From an uncultured Gemmatimonadales bacterium (GTDB lineage: Bacteria > Gemmatimonadota > Gemmatimonadetes > Gemmatimonadales > GWC2-71-9): DNA of 64,000 nucleotides. The stretch is taken from NCBI GenBank assembly GCA_963739455.1, contig CAVUAK010000001.1, positions 1,248,001-1,312,000 of the forward strand, in the 5' to 3' direction. The notes under the pieces were generated by a model, which worked only from the letters and a program-made list of their open reading frames with translations, did not search any database and was not told the origin of the DNA. Below, piece after piece: positions 43,546-54,596 of this stretch. Made by a program: the position numbers and the translations under genes. The stretch's first letter is position 1, and each line of letters begins with the position of its first letter.

Positions 43546-43929
43546 TCAGGCAGGGGCGGGGAAATCCTCCGGCTCCCAGACCGGGCGGATCTCGAGGTCG
43601 CTCGGACCCGGCATCGGGTTGGGGCACCGCCTGGCCCACTCGACCGCCTCTTCCATCGACCGGACCTGCCAGATCCAGAACCCCGCCACCAGCTCCTTCG
43701 TCTCGGCGAAGGGACCGTCGGTCACCGACCGTGTGGTCCCATTGAAGTGGATCCGCTTCCCGAACTTGCTCGGCTTGAGTCCGTCCCCTGCGAGCATGAT
43801 CCCCGCCTTGACCAGCTCCTCATTGAACTTCCCCATCTGCTCGAACATCTCCTCTGCCCCTTCCGCTTCGAGGGGATGCGACTCCGCCTCCGACTCCGCG
43901 GTCGCCTTCACGATCACCATGACGCGCAT
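43546..43929 (-). CDS. YciI/DGPF-family protein
   Basis: MRVMVIVKA, GDGLKPS, TDGPFAETKELVAGFW. Confidence 0.92.
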   Translation of the reverse strand: MRVMVIVKATAESEAESHPLEAEGAEEMFEQMGKFNEELVKAGIMLAGDGLKPSKFGKRIHFNGTTRSVTDGPFAETKELVAGFWIWQVRSMEEAVEWARRCPNPMPGPSDLEIRPVWEPEDFPAPA

Positions 43930-44007
43930 AGGACCTCCTCCATGGTTGGGAGCGGCCCTGGTGGCCTGCTCTACCCATACGTCGATCGGGGGTACGGGAA
44001 ATCGACA

Positions 44008-44499
44008 TCACCGCAGGCTCAAGTCGCGCCGTGCCCGCAACAGGAGCCAGGTCAGCAGGACCGCCTTCACTACCGTGAGCAGGAACAGCATCCCGAAGTT
44101 GCCTGGTGCGAAGTTGTGGGTGGTGACCGCCTGCCGTACGTGACCGATAGCCACGCCGACGTAGAACAGCACCACGTACCACACGACGGCTGTCTTGAAC
44201 TCGAGCCCGCGCCAGAACGACACGACGGCGACGATGCCGGCCGCAATATCCGCCACGCCGATCTCGAACTGGAAGGGGCTGTCCTGCCAGCCGATGAAGC
44301 TGGCGGCGACGTTCGGGAGGAACACGTGATAGAGACCGGCCCAGAGCATGTCCGCGCCGACGGCCAGGACGAGAAGCCACGAGAGATATCGATAGGCCGC
44401 GGGCTGCGGCGTCTTCCGCACATACGCTATTAGCAGTGCCAGCACGAAGAAGACGCTGGGGAGATTCATAAGGATGAAGCGAATGGCGGCAGCGAGCAT
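44008..44499 (-). CDS. Membrane protein (DUF6790-like)
   Basis: H.F.P...A..IGW..SPFQFEIG, GH..Q, NFAPGN. Confidence 0.7.
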   Translation of the reverse strand: MLAAAIRFILMNLPSVFFVLALLIAYVRKTPQPAAYRYLSWLLVLAVGADMLWAGLYHVFLPNVAASFIGWQDSPFQFEIGVADIAAGIVAVVSFWRGLEFKTAVVWYVVLFYVGVAIGHVRQAVTTHNFAPGNFGMLFLLTVVKAVLLTWLLLRARRDLSLR

Positions 44500-44611
44500 C
44501 GGGGTCTCCGTCGGGTAGGAAGTATGCAGTTCACTGGCGAGCAGATTCTCGGCTTGCGCAGGGATTCTTGCAAGCGCAGAATTCAGCCCGACCCCCTCGG
44601 AGAGATCCCGC

Positions 44612-47071
44612 TTGAAGATGATCCTCGCCGCCGGAATGGCTGCAGCCATTCTGGCCCCCTCGGTACTGTCCGCCCAGCAGACCACCGGCGACGCCAGGTT
44701 CACCGAGTGCCACGACCACCGTCGACGGGCGCTACCTGCCGAACCCAGCCGCAGCCCAGTTCGGCGGCGTGATCAACCTCGAGCGCGCAGGATTCCACTC
44801 CGGCTGGCCGGCCACGGTGGTACCGCCCAAGGGGGCGCCGAACGTCCTGCTGATCATGACCGATGACGCAGGGCTACGGCGTCACCGGCTCCTTCGGTGG
44901 CGTGATGCCGACACCGACCATGGACCGGATTGCCGAAGGCTGGGCTGCGCTACACGCAGTTCCACTCGACGGCCCTCTGTTCTCCCACCCGCGCGGCGCT
45001 GATCACCGGGCGCAATCATCACTCGGTGGGATTTCGGCGTCATTCGCGAGCAGTCCACCGGCTTCCCGGGCTACAACTCCGTCATCGGACCCGAGAATGC
45101 CACCGTTGGCGAGATCCTGAGGGAGAACGGCTACGCGACCGTCCTGGTTCGGCAAGAACCACAACACGCCGACCTACCAGTACAGCGCGGCGGGGCCGTT
45201 CGACCCAGTGGCCCATCGGGATGGGCTTCGACTATTTCTACGGCTTCATGGGTGGCGAGACCGACCAGTGGACGCCGTACCTGTTCCGGAACACGACGCC
45301 GATCTACCCCTGGATCGGGAAGACCGGCTACAACCTGATGACGGACATGGCCGACGACGCTATCTCGCACATCCGCGGCTCAACGCCGTCTCGCCAGACC
45401 AACCGTTTTTCGTCTACTACGTGCCTGGTGCCACCCATTCGCCGCACCAGCCCAAGGCCGGAGTGGGTCGCGAAGTTCAAGGGCAAGTTCGACATCGGGT
45501 GGAACGCGCTCCGCGACACGATCTTCGCCAACCAGAAGCGGCTTGGCGTCGTGCCGGCCAATGCGCAGCTCACGCCGTGGCCAGACGAACTGCCTCGCTG
45601 GGAGACGCTGCCGGCCGAGAACAAGAAGCTCTTCGCGCACGCAGGCTGAGGTGTTCGCCGGGTACGCGGCCTACGCCGACTACGAGATCGGCCGCGTGGT
45701 GGAGGCGGTGGAGGCGATGGGCAAGCTCGACAACACGCTCATCATCTACATCAGCGGCGACAATGGCACGAGCGCCGAGGGCACGCTGGTCGGCACGCCG
45801 AACGAGATGACAGCGTACAACGCGATGCCTCGACATCCCGATCGCCGACCAGATGAAGTTCTACGACGCGTGGGGCTCGGAGAAGACCTATCCGCACATG
45901 TCGGTGGCGTGGTCATGGGCCTTCGACACGCCATTCAAGTGGACCAAGCAGGTAGCCTCGTTCTTCGGCGGCACGCGCCAGGGCATGGTCATGTCCTGGC
46001 CGGGGCACATCAAGGACCCGGGCGGGATCCGGAGCCAGTTCCACCACGTAATCGATATCGTCCCGACCATCCTCGAGGCCAGCGGAGTCCAGGCGCCGGT
46101 GATGGTGAACGGCATTACCCAGAAGCCGATCGAGGGCGTGAGCATGGCCTACACCTGGGACCCGGCCAACGCGACGGCCAAGTCCCATCGCACCACGCAG
46201 TACTTCGAGATGTTCGGGGACCGCGCGCTGTATCACGACGGCTGGATCGCCGCCACTCCGCCGCCCGCGGCGCCGTGGCTGATGGGCACCGCGAAAATGC
46301 CGGACGTGGTGAGCGGGTATAAGTGGGAGCTGTACAACCTCGATGAGGACTTCACCGAGGCGAACAACGTCGCCGACAAGTACCCGGAGAAGCTGCGCGA
46401 GCTGCAGGATTATTTCATGATGGAAGCGGCGAAGTACCAGGTGTTCCCGCTGGACAACTCCATCCTGACCCGGCTCATCACGCCGCGCCCGAGCTCAACC
46501 GCGGGGCGGAACGTGTTCACCTACTCCGGCGTCATGCCTGACATCCCGACTCGGCGACGCGCCCAGCTTCCTCAACCGCTCGTACAGCATCACCGCCGAG
46601 GTGGAGATCCCGAACGGTGGCGGCAACGGCATGCTGGTGACGGAGGGCGGGCGCTTCGGCGGGTTCGGCTTCTACCTGCTCAAGGGGAAGCCGGTGTTCC
46701 TGTACAATGCCCTCGACCTGAAGCGGTTCCGCTGGGAGGGACCGGCGCTCACCCCGGGCAAGCATACGGTGGAGTTTGCGTTCACCTACGATGGGCCGGG
46801 CTTCGGGAAGGGCGGCACCGGCGTCCTGTCGGTCGACGGGAAGCAGGTGGCAACGCAGGCGATGCCACACACGATCCCGTTCATCATGACGATCGACGAG
46901 GGCTTCGACATTGGCACCGACACACGGTCGAGTGTGGCGGACACCGACTACCAGCCGCCGTTCAATTTCAACGGCACGCTGTCGAAGCTGACGGTGAAGC
47001 TGGAGCCGCCGCAGATCGCCGTCGGCGACGCGGGTGACGCCTCGCACAAGCTCGCGCGCGCCACGGACTGA
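44612..47071 (+). CDS. Second arylsulfatase (many indels)
   Basis: APNVLLIMTDD, LCSPTRAALITGRNHH, SGDNG, PFKWTKQVAS, QYFEMFG across several frames. Confidence 0.85.
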
Positions 47072-47081
47072 TTCGGAGCGG

Positions 47082-47122
47082 AAAGGGGGGCGCCGTCCGG
47101 AACACCGGGCGGCGCCTCCTTT
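47082..47122. terminator. Bidirectional terminator-like hairpin
   Basis: AAAGGGGGGCGCCGTCCGG-AACA-CCGGGCGGCGCCTCCTTT between convergent genes. Confidence 0.75.
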
Positions 47123-47178
47123 AGCATCGCAACAGGGCTCGCTGAGGCTGGAAGACCTCGAGAAGATCACCACATAGG

Positions 47179-47394
47179 CTACGCGCGCTTCCGGGCTCCT
47201 GTCAGCAGCAGCCCAGCTCCAGCCGCGATTCCAAGATACGCGACCCATGGCGGGATCGACTGCTTCTCGTTGGCGGTGAGCTTCACGTCGCCAACCTTTA
47301 CGACATCCTTCTGGGTAGTGAAGCTCCCTCCGCGTACGAGCAGGAAAACGCTGAGGAGGATCAGGGCGATTCCAGCGATCAGGTTCGGGCGCAT
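47179..47394 (-). CDS. Small two-TM membrane protein
   Basis: GIALI..G.F.TQKDVVKVG......IPPW..G pattern. Confidence 0.65.
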   Translation of the reverse strand: MRPNLIAGIALILLSVFLLVRGGSFTTQKDVVKVGDVKLTANEKQSIPPWVAYLGIAAGAGLLLTGARKRA

Positions 47395-47460
47395 AGGTAC
47401 TCCCATTCGGGTGGTCTGCTGTCCGAATGGGGTACCCCGCGGCGCGGAGACTGTTCTCCG

Positions 47461-49524
47461 CTAGAAGATCCTCACTATTCGCGCGACTGACGGAACCCCG
47501 TTCGCGTCGATGAGGAACAGCATGTAGTGCCCAGGCGGGGCAACATTCGCTGTTGCCGGGGCATTTACCAGGATGCTCGACGCCCCGCTCACCGCGAAGG
47601 TCAGGTTGTTCATCCGCTGGTTCATGTTGGTCGCGTGCGTCACCGATGACAGCCGGATCCAGGTTGCCCGGGTAATCGTGGACGCTGCCGGCGTCTCGAC
47701 GGTGAAGGCCTGGCCATACGACACCTCGGTGGGTGCGCTGGTGATGGTCGGTCTCGTCGCCAGGGTACCATCGAGCTTGAAGAGGTACGGAGGGGTGAAG
47801 ATCTCCGCGGTGAAGTCGTCCTGCAGCCCGGTGGCCGCTGGCTGACCACTGCCGACCGAGAGGATGCGCGCATCGGGCAGGAGCAACGCGGTGGAGTGAT
47901 AGACCCGGTGATGCGTCATGGCCGCGAGCGACGTCCACTGCTCAGTAACAGGATCCCACCGCTCGGCGCTGAGCACCCTGCTATCAGTGGGCGCGGAGTT
48001 GAATCCCACGGCGTTGCTGCCGCCGGTGGCGAGTACCGCGCCGTCGGCCATGATGGTGGCGTTCAACTGCCGACGGGGCACCGCCATCGAGGCGACGTAG
48101 CGCCACGCGGCGCCGGTGCCGCCGTTCAAGTCGATCACCTCGGCAGTCGCAGTGGGAGCTCCTCCTCCAACAAGCAGGATCTTGCCTGCGTCGTACATCA
48201 CCGCCGAGCCGTAGTCGCGGGAGCCGTAGTTGCTCACGGCAGCGGCGGACCAGGTGCCGTTGCCTTCGGTGTTCAGGTAGAAGGTCCCGGTGTTGGGGCC
48301 GGCCATGTACGCCCGCCCGTCGGGCGCGGCGAACATCATGGGATAGAGCGGCACGCTGCGCGCGGCGTTGGGGAGCGGTCTCCAGCTTCCGTTCTGCCAC
48401 ACCTCGGGGACGTAGTTGTTGATGCCTGCGGTATCGCCGCCGGCGATGGTCAGCACCTCTCCGCTTGCCAGCGTGGTATTGGTTGGATACCAGCGACCAT
48501 TCTGCATGTCCGCCACTCGGCTCCAGCCACCGTTCACGTCGTAGATGAACGTGGTCTTCGTGCCGAACATGTCCACGCCACTGTGTCCCCCCGCCACGAG
48601 CAGCCGGCCATCGGGCAGCAGGGAGTGACCGCTGCAGAAGAGGTCACCCGGGACGGCCATGCTCTGGAACATGCCGCTGGCAGGATCCCAAAGGACGGGA
48701 GCGTTCGGCATGCGGCCGTAGGTGAGCACCTTGCCGTTGGGCAGCAGGTGCGCATGAATGGCCACGGCGGGCCAGGGAATCGGCGCGGCCCAGCTGCCGA
48801 CCCTTGCTTCGTCGGCGCTGGTGCCGAAGGAGACCACCACCGCCTGCGCCTGGCTCATCGTCACCACGCAGGTGCCGACGGCGACGCCGATGCCGGTACC
48901 GCTCACGTCACACCCAGCGCCCGACCAGGCCTTGAGGAAACTTCCGCCGGCGGACGTCGCGGTGAGGGTGACCGACGCCCCGGTCGAGAAGGAGGCGCCG
49001 CAGCCGGTGCCGGTAGTGCCGGCGGTGATGGTGCATGTAATGCCGGCTGGATTGGAGGTGACACCACCGCTGCCATTGGAGCCGCCTTGCACACTCAGCG
49101 CAAAGCTGCTCGGCGCGGCGGTGAACTTCGCCGTGACGGTGCGGTCCGCATTCATCAGGATCAGGCAGGACAGAGGCGCGTCGGTGATGGGCGCGTCACA
49201 CCCGGTCCACGCCACGGTTCCGCCCGGCGCCGGGGTGGCGGTGATGGTGATCGTCAGGCCCTCGTCGTAGTCCGCGGCGCAGGTGCCGGTCGTGGTGACG
49301 TAGCCGGAACTGTATGTGACGGTGCAGGCGACGCTGCCGCGGTTCGAGGCCAGGGAGCCGTTTGCCGTGCTACCGGTTGCCGCGAGGGTGAGGCTGTGCT
49401 TGGTGGTGACAGGCGGGGGCGTAGGAGGCGCGCTGGATTCGCCACAGGCGTAGAGGAGTACGGTGAGAAGCGAGAGACATATTGTCGCCCCGGCAACCAG
49501 CCAGGGTGATGAAGGCTTGCTCAT
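47461..49524 (-). CDS. Copper-radical oxidase (galactose/glyoxal oxidase-like, kelch + DUF1929) lipoprotein with N-terminal Cys-containing beta repeats
   Basis: Lipobox LYAC; DLFCSGH, RWYPT, RVYHS, SVTHATNMNQR, PPGHYMLF. Confidence 0.88.
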   Translation of the reverse strand: MSKPSSPWLVAGATICLSLLTVLLYACGESSAPPTPPPVTTKHSLTLAATGSTANGSLASNRGSVACTVTYSSGYVTTTGTCAADYDEGLTITITATPAPGGTVAWTGCDAPITDAPLSCLILMNADRTVTAKFTAAPSSFALSVQGGSNGSGGVTSNPAGITCTITAGTTGTGCGASFSTGASVTLTATSAGGSFLKAWSGAGCDVSGTGIGVAVGTCVVTMSQAQAVVVSFGTSADEARVGSWAAPIPWPAVAIHAHLLPNGKVLTYGRMPNAPVLWDPASGMFQSMAVPGDLFCSGHSLLPDGRLLVAGGHSGVDMFGTKTTFIYDVNGGWSRVADMQNGRWYPTNTTLASGEVLTIAGGDTAGINNYVPEVWQNGSWRPLPNAARSVPLYPMMFAAPDGRAYMAGPNTGTFYLNTEGNGTWSAAAVSNYGSRDYGSAVMYDAGKILLVGGGAPTATAEVIDLNGGTGAAWRYVASMAVPRRQLNATIMADGAVLATGGSNAVGFNSAPTDSRVLSAERWDPVTEQWTSLAAMTHHRVYHSTALLLPDARILSVGSGQPAATGLQDDFTAEIFTPPYLFKLDGTLATRPTITSAPTEVSYGQAFTVETPAASTITRATWIRLSSVTHATNMNQRMNNLTFAVSGASSILVNAPATANVAPPGHYMLFLIDANGVPSVARIVRIF

Positions 49525-49620
49525 TCAGCTCTCACACCTTTAGGGTCGGTTTTGTTGCACCCAGAAGGTACCAAGCCGGTGCAGGTCCCGGGCCAGTCGC
49601 TGGCACGTCCTCGCCGTCAG

Positions 49621-50019
49621 CTACGGAGTCCTCCTTCGGGAACGAGAGTCGCGTCCGTGCTTTCCCGGCGACACACGCGATGGGGATTGCTCCCCGATCC
49701 CGCGTGCGAGGAGGGAAACGGCCAGTGTATTGAGCGAGACACCCTCGACGTCGGCGTATGACGCCAGGAGGCTGTGAAGCGACTTGGGCATTCGAAGCCG
49801 GATCTGTCCGCTGTGGTTCACCAGTTCGCGTGGCACCGGGACCGGCTCTCGGGCGGCCTTCAGGACATGGAGAGCCATGTCGATGGCCTCACCGAGTTCG
49901 GAGAGTGCTTCATCGGGTGCTTCCGCCACCCCCGACAGCCCGGGAAACTCCGGCGATGCTGCCACGTAGCTGGCGTCCTCGGCGCTCCACGTCAGGACCG
50001 CACTATACCTGTTGAGCAC
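49621..50019 (-). CDS. hicB: HicB antitoxin with RHH domain
   Basis: WSAED..YVA..PEFPG, SGQIRLRMPKSLH, EGVSLN. Confidence 0.9.
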   Translation of the reverse strand: MLNRYSAVLTWSAEDASYVAASPEFPGLSGVAEAPDEALSELGEAIDMALHVLKAAREPVPVPRELVNHSGQIRLRMPKSLHSLLASYADVEGVSLNTLAVSLLARGIGEQSPSRVSPGKHGRDSRSRRRTP

Positions 50020-50028
50020 GTCACCTCC

Positions 50029-50274
50029 TCAGCCAGTCCGTAGCTCGTCGATCGCGAGCAACACCTGCCGTACCTGATACGGCTTCGCCATTCCGGTTCG
50101 ATCGGGCTGCAGGTTGAGCAGCCGGAGCAGGCCGGGTCGCTTGTAGACCCGGTGGGATCCGCGCTGGCGCGCAAGCGTGAAGCCGACACCTTCCGCCAGT
50201 CGACACGCCTCGTCAAAGCGTAGCGATGCAGGATTCGCGTGCGCCCGCCGCAGCAGCTCGTTGAAGCCGGCCAT
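50029..50274 (-). CDS. hicA: HicA toxin
   Basis: GF...RQRGSHRVYK, NLQP...AKPYQVRQ. Confidence 0.9.
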   Translation of the reverse strand: MAGFNELLRRAHANPASLRFDEACRLAEGVGFTLARQRGSHRVYKRPGLLRLLNLQPDRTGMAKPYQVRQVLLAIDELRTG

Positions 50275-50294
50275 ACGCGGTCACCTCAAGGGTA

Positions 50295-50304
50295 GTGGTA
50301 CCAC
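50295..50304. promoter_or_regulatory. Candidate HicB operator palindrome
   Basis: GTGGTACCAC about 20 nt upstream of hicA. Confidence 0.45.
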
Positions 50305-50555
50305 CTGTGGAACCGCAAGACGGCGAGTGCAGCGGCAGGAATCGCCGCGCCAACTCCTCATTCTCCAGCCAGGAAGTTTGTCACCAGGGATCACAGAAGC
50401 GGCACCATTGTGACGTACGGCGGTGCCGAACTCCGCTGCCGGGCGCACGCGACCAACACTGTCACAGGGCCTCTTGCCAAGCGAGCCGGAGAGGGGAATG
50501 TTCGAAACGACCCTTGTTCCCTCGTAGTACCAGTGTCGCCGGAGGCCTCCCCGCC

Positions 50556-53177
50556 ATGCCTCGCTGCGTCGTCTTGGCGTTATCCGCCCTGGTCCTGGCC
50601 AGTTGCTCCGGCGACAACGGGCCGAACGAGCCACCCCGCCTCACATCCATCACTGTTTCCCCATCCAGCTCCAGTATCGGCGTTGGCCAGAGCCAGACGT
50701 TCACGGCGGAGGCGAGAGACCAGAATGGGCATGCCATGTCAGGTGTCACCTTCGCCTGGGCCTCATCGAACAGCGGCGTCGCCACGGTGAACAATGGAGT
50801 TGCGACGGGTGTTGCGGCCGGCACCACGAACATCACGGCGTCGAGCGGTAGCGTCACCAGCAGCCCGGCTGCCGTCACCGTCGTCATCGTTGCGGCGGGC
50901 AGGCTCGTCATTGAGAAGGCGTCGGTTTTCCTGAGTCAGGTTGGCCAGACGGCGCAGCTGACGGCGAAGCTCGTGGATGCGCAAGGTGCGGCCTCACCGG
51001 TCACCGCAACCTGGACGTCGAGTGCACCCGGGGAAGTGTCGATCGATGCCTCTGGCCAGCTGACGGCCAGGGCCATCGGCTCGGCGGTAATCGTGGCGGA
51101 AGCCAACGGAATCCGGTCGATCCCCGCGCTGGTGACCGTCGCCGAGCCGCAAGCCGGCGCGCTGGTCGTGAGCGACGCGCAGGTGGTGTCCGTGGGTCCG
51201 CTGCAGAATGGCCCGGGCGGCACACCCGGCGTCGGAAGCACATATGAGGTGGTAATCCAGGGGAGCGTGGGCGCGCCGGCACCGGGAACCGTCGTGCTGG
51301 CCGGCGAAACGGCACCGGTTGCCGGAACGGTCGTCAGCACCGCGACAGGTTCTACCGGGCTGGTGGTGACGCTCCGGCTGGTACCGTTGCCGGAACTGCT
51401 GAGGAACTACGACATCTCCTTTGCGATCGACCTTGCGACCGTCCCGGCGGTCGCGGTGACGCCGCAGGCGTTGCAGCGGACGCTGGCGCAATCGTGGAAT
51501 GCGATGCGACTCGGCGGGCCTCGGGCGCAGAGCGCACGTCTCGACGACCTGGAGCCATTCAGGGCCTTCGACTGCGACGGAGAGATAAAGCCGAAGCTGG
51601 TCAGCGCGGAGGTCGGCATGACGCTGACAAACCGGTTGACGCTCGTGCTCGATGACCGGCCCGGATACAGCAAGCATGCGCTCGAGGGAACAGCGAGCCT
51701 CACCGGCGGCGCCAGCCTCAAGCTCCAGGCGGGCTTCAATGCGAAGGGGAAGTGCCAGGCCCAGGCCCAGCTCCGCTTTCCGGTGCTCGGATGGGTCAGT
51801 GTGCTGATCATGCCGGCGGTGCGTTTCGGGGTCGGCGCTGCGCTCGACGGTGAGGTCCGGGTGGTGCAGGGGGAGCTTGCCGTGGACGGCACGGTGGGCT
51901 TGACGGCGAAGCTCGGATGGGAATGCGGCGGTGCGACACCCAGCTGCCAGGGACTGGATGATGTCACCGGCATTCGGGAGCTGAAGAGCAAGTCCAGGAT
52001 CCCGTCGGAGAATGACATGGAGGCGAAGATCTCGGGACAGTTCTACGCCGTGGCGGGACTGGACGCATCACTGCTCCTGGGTGTAGCCAACGCCGAGATC
52101 GTGGAAGCGAGAGTGGGGCCCAAGCAATCCTTCACGCTCGCGTTCGAGGAGGACCAGGCGGCGCGGTCAGATTTCGCCGCCAACTACGATCTCAAGCTGG
52201 AAGGCGTGGTTGAACCTGGCAGCGCGCTGCAGAAGGCACTGGAGCAGGTGCTGCCCGGTGGCTTGACCGTGGCCCTCGGCGCGGAGTTCTCCAACGACAT
52301 CTCGGAGTCTCCCAAGGGCACCCTGTCGATCAGCACCCAGAGGGTGCGACCGGACGCGCCGGTGGACTTCACCGTGGACTTCTCGCCCGCATCATCCATC
52401 TCCTACTTCCTGCTGGGAGACAACGTCACCGGGGTCGAGCTGTGGCGGAAGCGCGAGGACGAGCTCGCGTTCACCCGGTGGAAGGCGATGGACCGGATCG
52501 CCAGCAACCGGGCGACCTATCGATGGGTACCGGTCGAGGCGGACGCCGGCAAGTACGAGTTCGCCGCGTTCGTGAACACCCAGCTGGTGACGCCGCTGCT
52601 GGAGGTCGCGGCGAACTCGATCAAGCCGCTGGAGGTGGCGTGCTTCTCGGGCAGCGTGGCATCGGGTGTCAGGACCGCGGCACTGCAGCCGCCGGTCTGC
52701 GTCGACCAGTGGATCGGGACGTCGAGCTTCACGGCCCAGACGCCGGGGTTGCCGGGCGACAACATCGCGACCAGGTCGAACATCACCTGGACATATGACC
52801 CCACACAGAGCTCGGCCACTGTTACCGCCTACAAGCCCAGCGGCACGTTCGAGCTGTCGTTCAGTTCCTCGAACGGATGCACCTTTGTGCTGTCTCCCAG
52901 CACGTTCAGCATTGCCCCGGATCTCCTGTCATTCGGCCTGATGACGATCATCAACACCGGGGTGACTCCCCCGACCTACTCGATGGTGGGCTCGCAATTG
53001 GTGGATTTCACGACGACTGCGTACTGCCCCGGCAATGACCCCGTCATCACGCCCTTTCAGGGCTTCAATGTCAGCTACGTCAGCGGCACGGGTGACTATG
53101 CGCCCGGCCAGGCCAGGCTGAATGGTTCATTCAATGACGGCGCAATCGTAAGCATCTGGGACTTCAGCAGGCCCTGA
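50556..53177 (+). CDS. Large lipoprotein with Ig-like (Big_2) domains and uncharacterised beta-rich C-terminus
   Basis: GGAGG RBS, lipobox LASC, WASSNSGVATV and WTSSAPGEVSID repeats. Confidence 0.75.
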   Translation: MPRCVVLALSALVLASCSGDNGPNEPPRLTSITVSPSSSSIGVGQSQTFTAEARDQNGHAMSGVTFAWASSNSGVATVNNGVATGVAAGTTNITASSGSVTSSPAAVTVVIVAAGRLVIEKASVFLSQVGQTAQLTAKLVDAQGAASPVTATWTSSAPGEVSIDASGQLTARAIGSAVIVAEANGIRSIPALVTVAEPQAGALVVSDAQVVSVGPLQNGPGGTPGVGSTYEVVIQGSVGAPAPGTVVLAGETAPVAGTVVSTATGSTGLVVTLRLVPLPELLRNYDISFAIDLATVPAVAVTPQALQRTLAQSWNAMRLGGPRAQSARLDDLEPFRAFDCDGEIKPKLVSAEVGMTLTNRLTLVLDDRPGYSKHALEGTASLTGGASLKLQAGFNAKGKCQAQAQLRFPVLGWVSVLIMPAVRFGVGAALDGEVRVVQGELAVDGTVGLTAKLGWECGGATPSCQGLDDVTGIRELKSKSRIPSENDMEAKISGQFYAVAGLDASLLLGVANAEIVEARVGPKQSFTLAFEEDQAARSDFAANYDLKLEGVVEPGSALQKALEQVLPGGLTVALGAEFSNDISESPKGTLSISTQRVRPDAPVDFTVDFSPASSISYFLLGDNVTGVELWRKREDELAFTRWKAMDRIASNRATYRWVPVEADAGKYEFAAFVNTQLVTPLLEVAANSIKPLEVACFSGSVASGVRTAALQPPVCVDQWIGTSSFTAQTPGLPGDNIATRSNITWTYDPTQSSATVTAYKPSGTFELSFSSSNGCTFVLSPSTFSIAPDLLSFGLMTIINTGVTPPTYSMVGSQLVDFTTTAYCPGNDPVITPFQGFNVSYVSGTGDYAPGQARLNGSFNDGAIVSIWDFSRP

Positions 53178-53261
53178 GCACGGAGGACTCGAGGCGCTCT
53201 TGCACCGCCGATTCGTTCAGGTCGCGGAAACTTGTTCGCAATCCAACCTCGTACAGAGGCG

Positions 53262-54596
53262 GTGACTCTCCCTGCCATAATCTTCACGGTGGTACTGGCG
53301 TTCGGCGCCGGCTCGCTCGCTGCGCAGCAATCCGATACTGCGCCGGGCACGCTGCAGGAGGTGGTGGTGAGTGCCACCGACACGACGCAGCGCTTCGCCT
53401 TCTTCTACCCGACCGGCTACGACAGCACGAAGAGCTGGCCGGTGCTCTTCGCGATGGATCCGCGAGCGCAGGCGCTGTCGCCGCTCAAGCGCCTGCGGAC
53501 GGCGGCGGACCGGTATGGCTACGTCATCGTCAGCAGCTACCGCACCCAGAGTGATTCGGCTCCCAACCCCAACGAGGCGGCATTCTCCGCGATGTACGCC
53601 GAGTCCAGGCGCCGGGTCCGGATGGACCTGCATCGCATGTACCTGGTGGGATTCTCGGGAACGGCGCGGGACGCGTGGGTGTTCGCGTACCGGCTCGTGG
53701 GCCATGCGGCGGGGATCCTGGGTGCCGGGGCCGGCCTGGCGAGCAAGTGGACACTGGTCGATCCACCGACCGGGGGCCCGGCGCCGGTGTTCTTCGGAAC
53801 CATCGGCAACTCCGACTTCAACTACGAAGAGGTCATCGGGATCGACTCGGTGCTGGACCGCACCACCGTGCGCCACCACGTGGCGGTGTTCAGTGGTCCC
53901 CACAGCTGGCCGCCCGACGGGCTGATGCTCGAGGGAGTGGAGTGGTTCGACCTGCAGGCGATGCGCACCGGGATCAAGCCGACGGACCGCGCGTGGGTCG
54001 ACTCGCTGTACGCGGCACGGGTCGAACTGGGGCGAACCCTGGAGGCGGCGGGCGACTCGTTCGCGGCGTGGCAGCGGCATCGCCTGACCGTGGGCGACTT
54101 CGACGGGATCCACGAGACGTCGGCCGCCCTGGAGCAGGCGGCGCGGCTGCAGCGCACCCAACCGGTGCAGGCGGCGCTCAAGCAGCAGCGCAAGAATGTG
54201 AACCTGTCCGGCGAGTACCTCGCCGTGGTGCGGCAGTACGTGGCGAAGGTGAGGGCATCGAGCGAGCCGCCCGGGGTGGAGAGCTCGCTCAAGGAACTCA
54301 GGATCAGCCAACTCAAGCGGGAGGTGGAGACCGGGACGGACACGCTCACGGTGCAGGCGGTGCGCCGTCTCCTGTCGTATGCGTTCCTCGTGCTCGCGTC
54401 GTACGAATCGAGCGATGCGTTCCGGGACAACAACCCGGCCCGAGCGCTGGCCCTGCTCGATGTGGCCGATGTGATCCGGCCCGGTTCGTCGAGCGTGTGT
54501 GCCAGGCGAAAGCGGGCGATGGGGATGCTGGGCCGGGACACATCGGAGGCGGCTGCGCCGTGTCCGGCAGCCCCTCGGCTCAAGTCGGGAAGTTGA
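53262..54596 (+). CDS. Exported alpha/beta-hydrolase-like protein with helical C-terminus
   Basis: Signal peptide, P.GYD..K.WPV, YLVGFSGTAR, FSGPHSWPP. Confidence 0.65.
   Translation: MTLPAIIFTVVLAFGAGSLAAQQSDTAPGTLQEVVVSATDTTQRFAFFYPTGYDSTKSWPVLFAMDPRAQALSPLKRLRTAADRYGYVIVSSYRTQSDSAPNPNEAAFSAMYAESRRRVRMDLHRMYLVGFSGTARDAWVFAYRLVGHAAGILGAGAGLASKWTLVDPPTGGPAPVFFGTIGNSDFNYEEVIGIDSVLDRTTVRHHVAVFSGPHSWPPDGLMLEGVEWFDLQAMRTGIKPTDRAWVDSLYAARVELGRTLEAAGDSFAAWQRHRLTVGDFDGIHETSAALEQAARLQRTQPVQAALKQQRKNVNLSGEYLAVVRQYVAKVRASSEPPGVESSLKELRISQLKREVETGTDTLTVQAVRRLLSYAFLVLASYESSDAFRDNNPARALALLDVADVIRPGSSSVCARRKRAMGMLGRDTSEAAAPCPAAPRLKSGS

Noticed and set aside
47896..49509. Long antisense ORFs (also 39048-40391, 2763-3944, 24121-25173, 46532-47938)
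   Set aside because: Shadow frames of high-GC genes; no motifs and Arg/His/Gly-biased composition.
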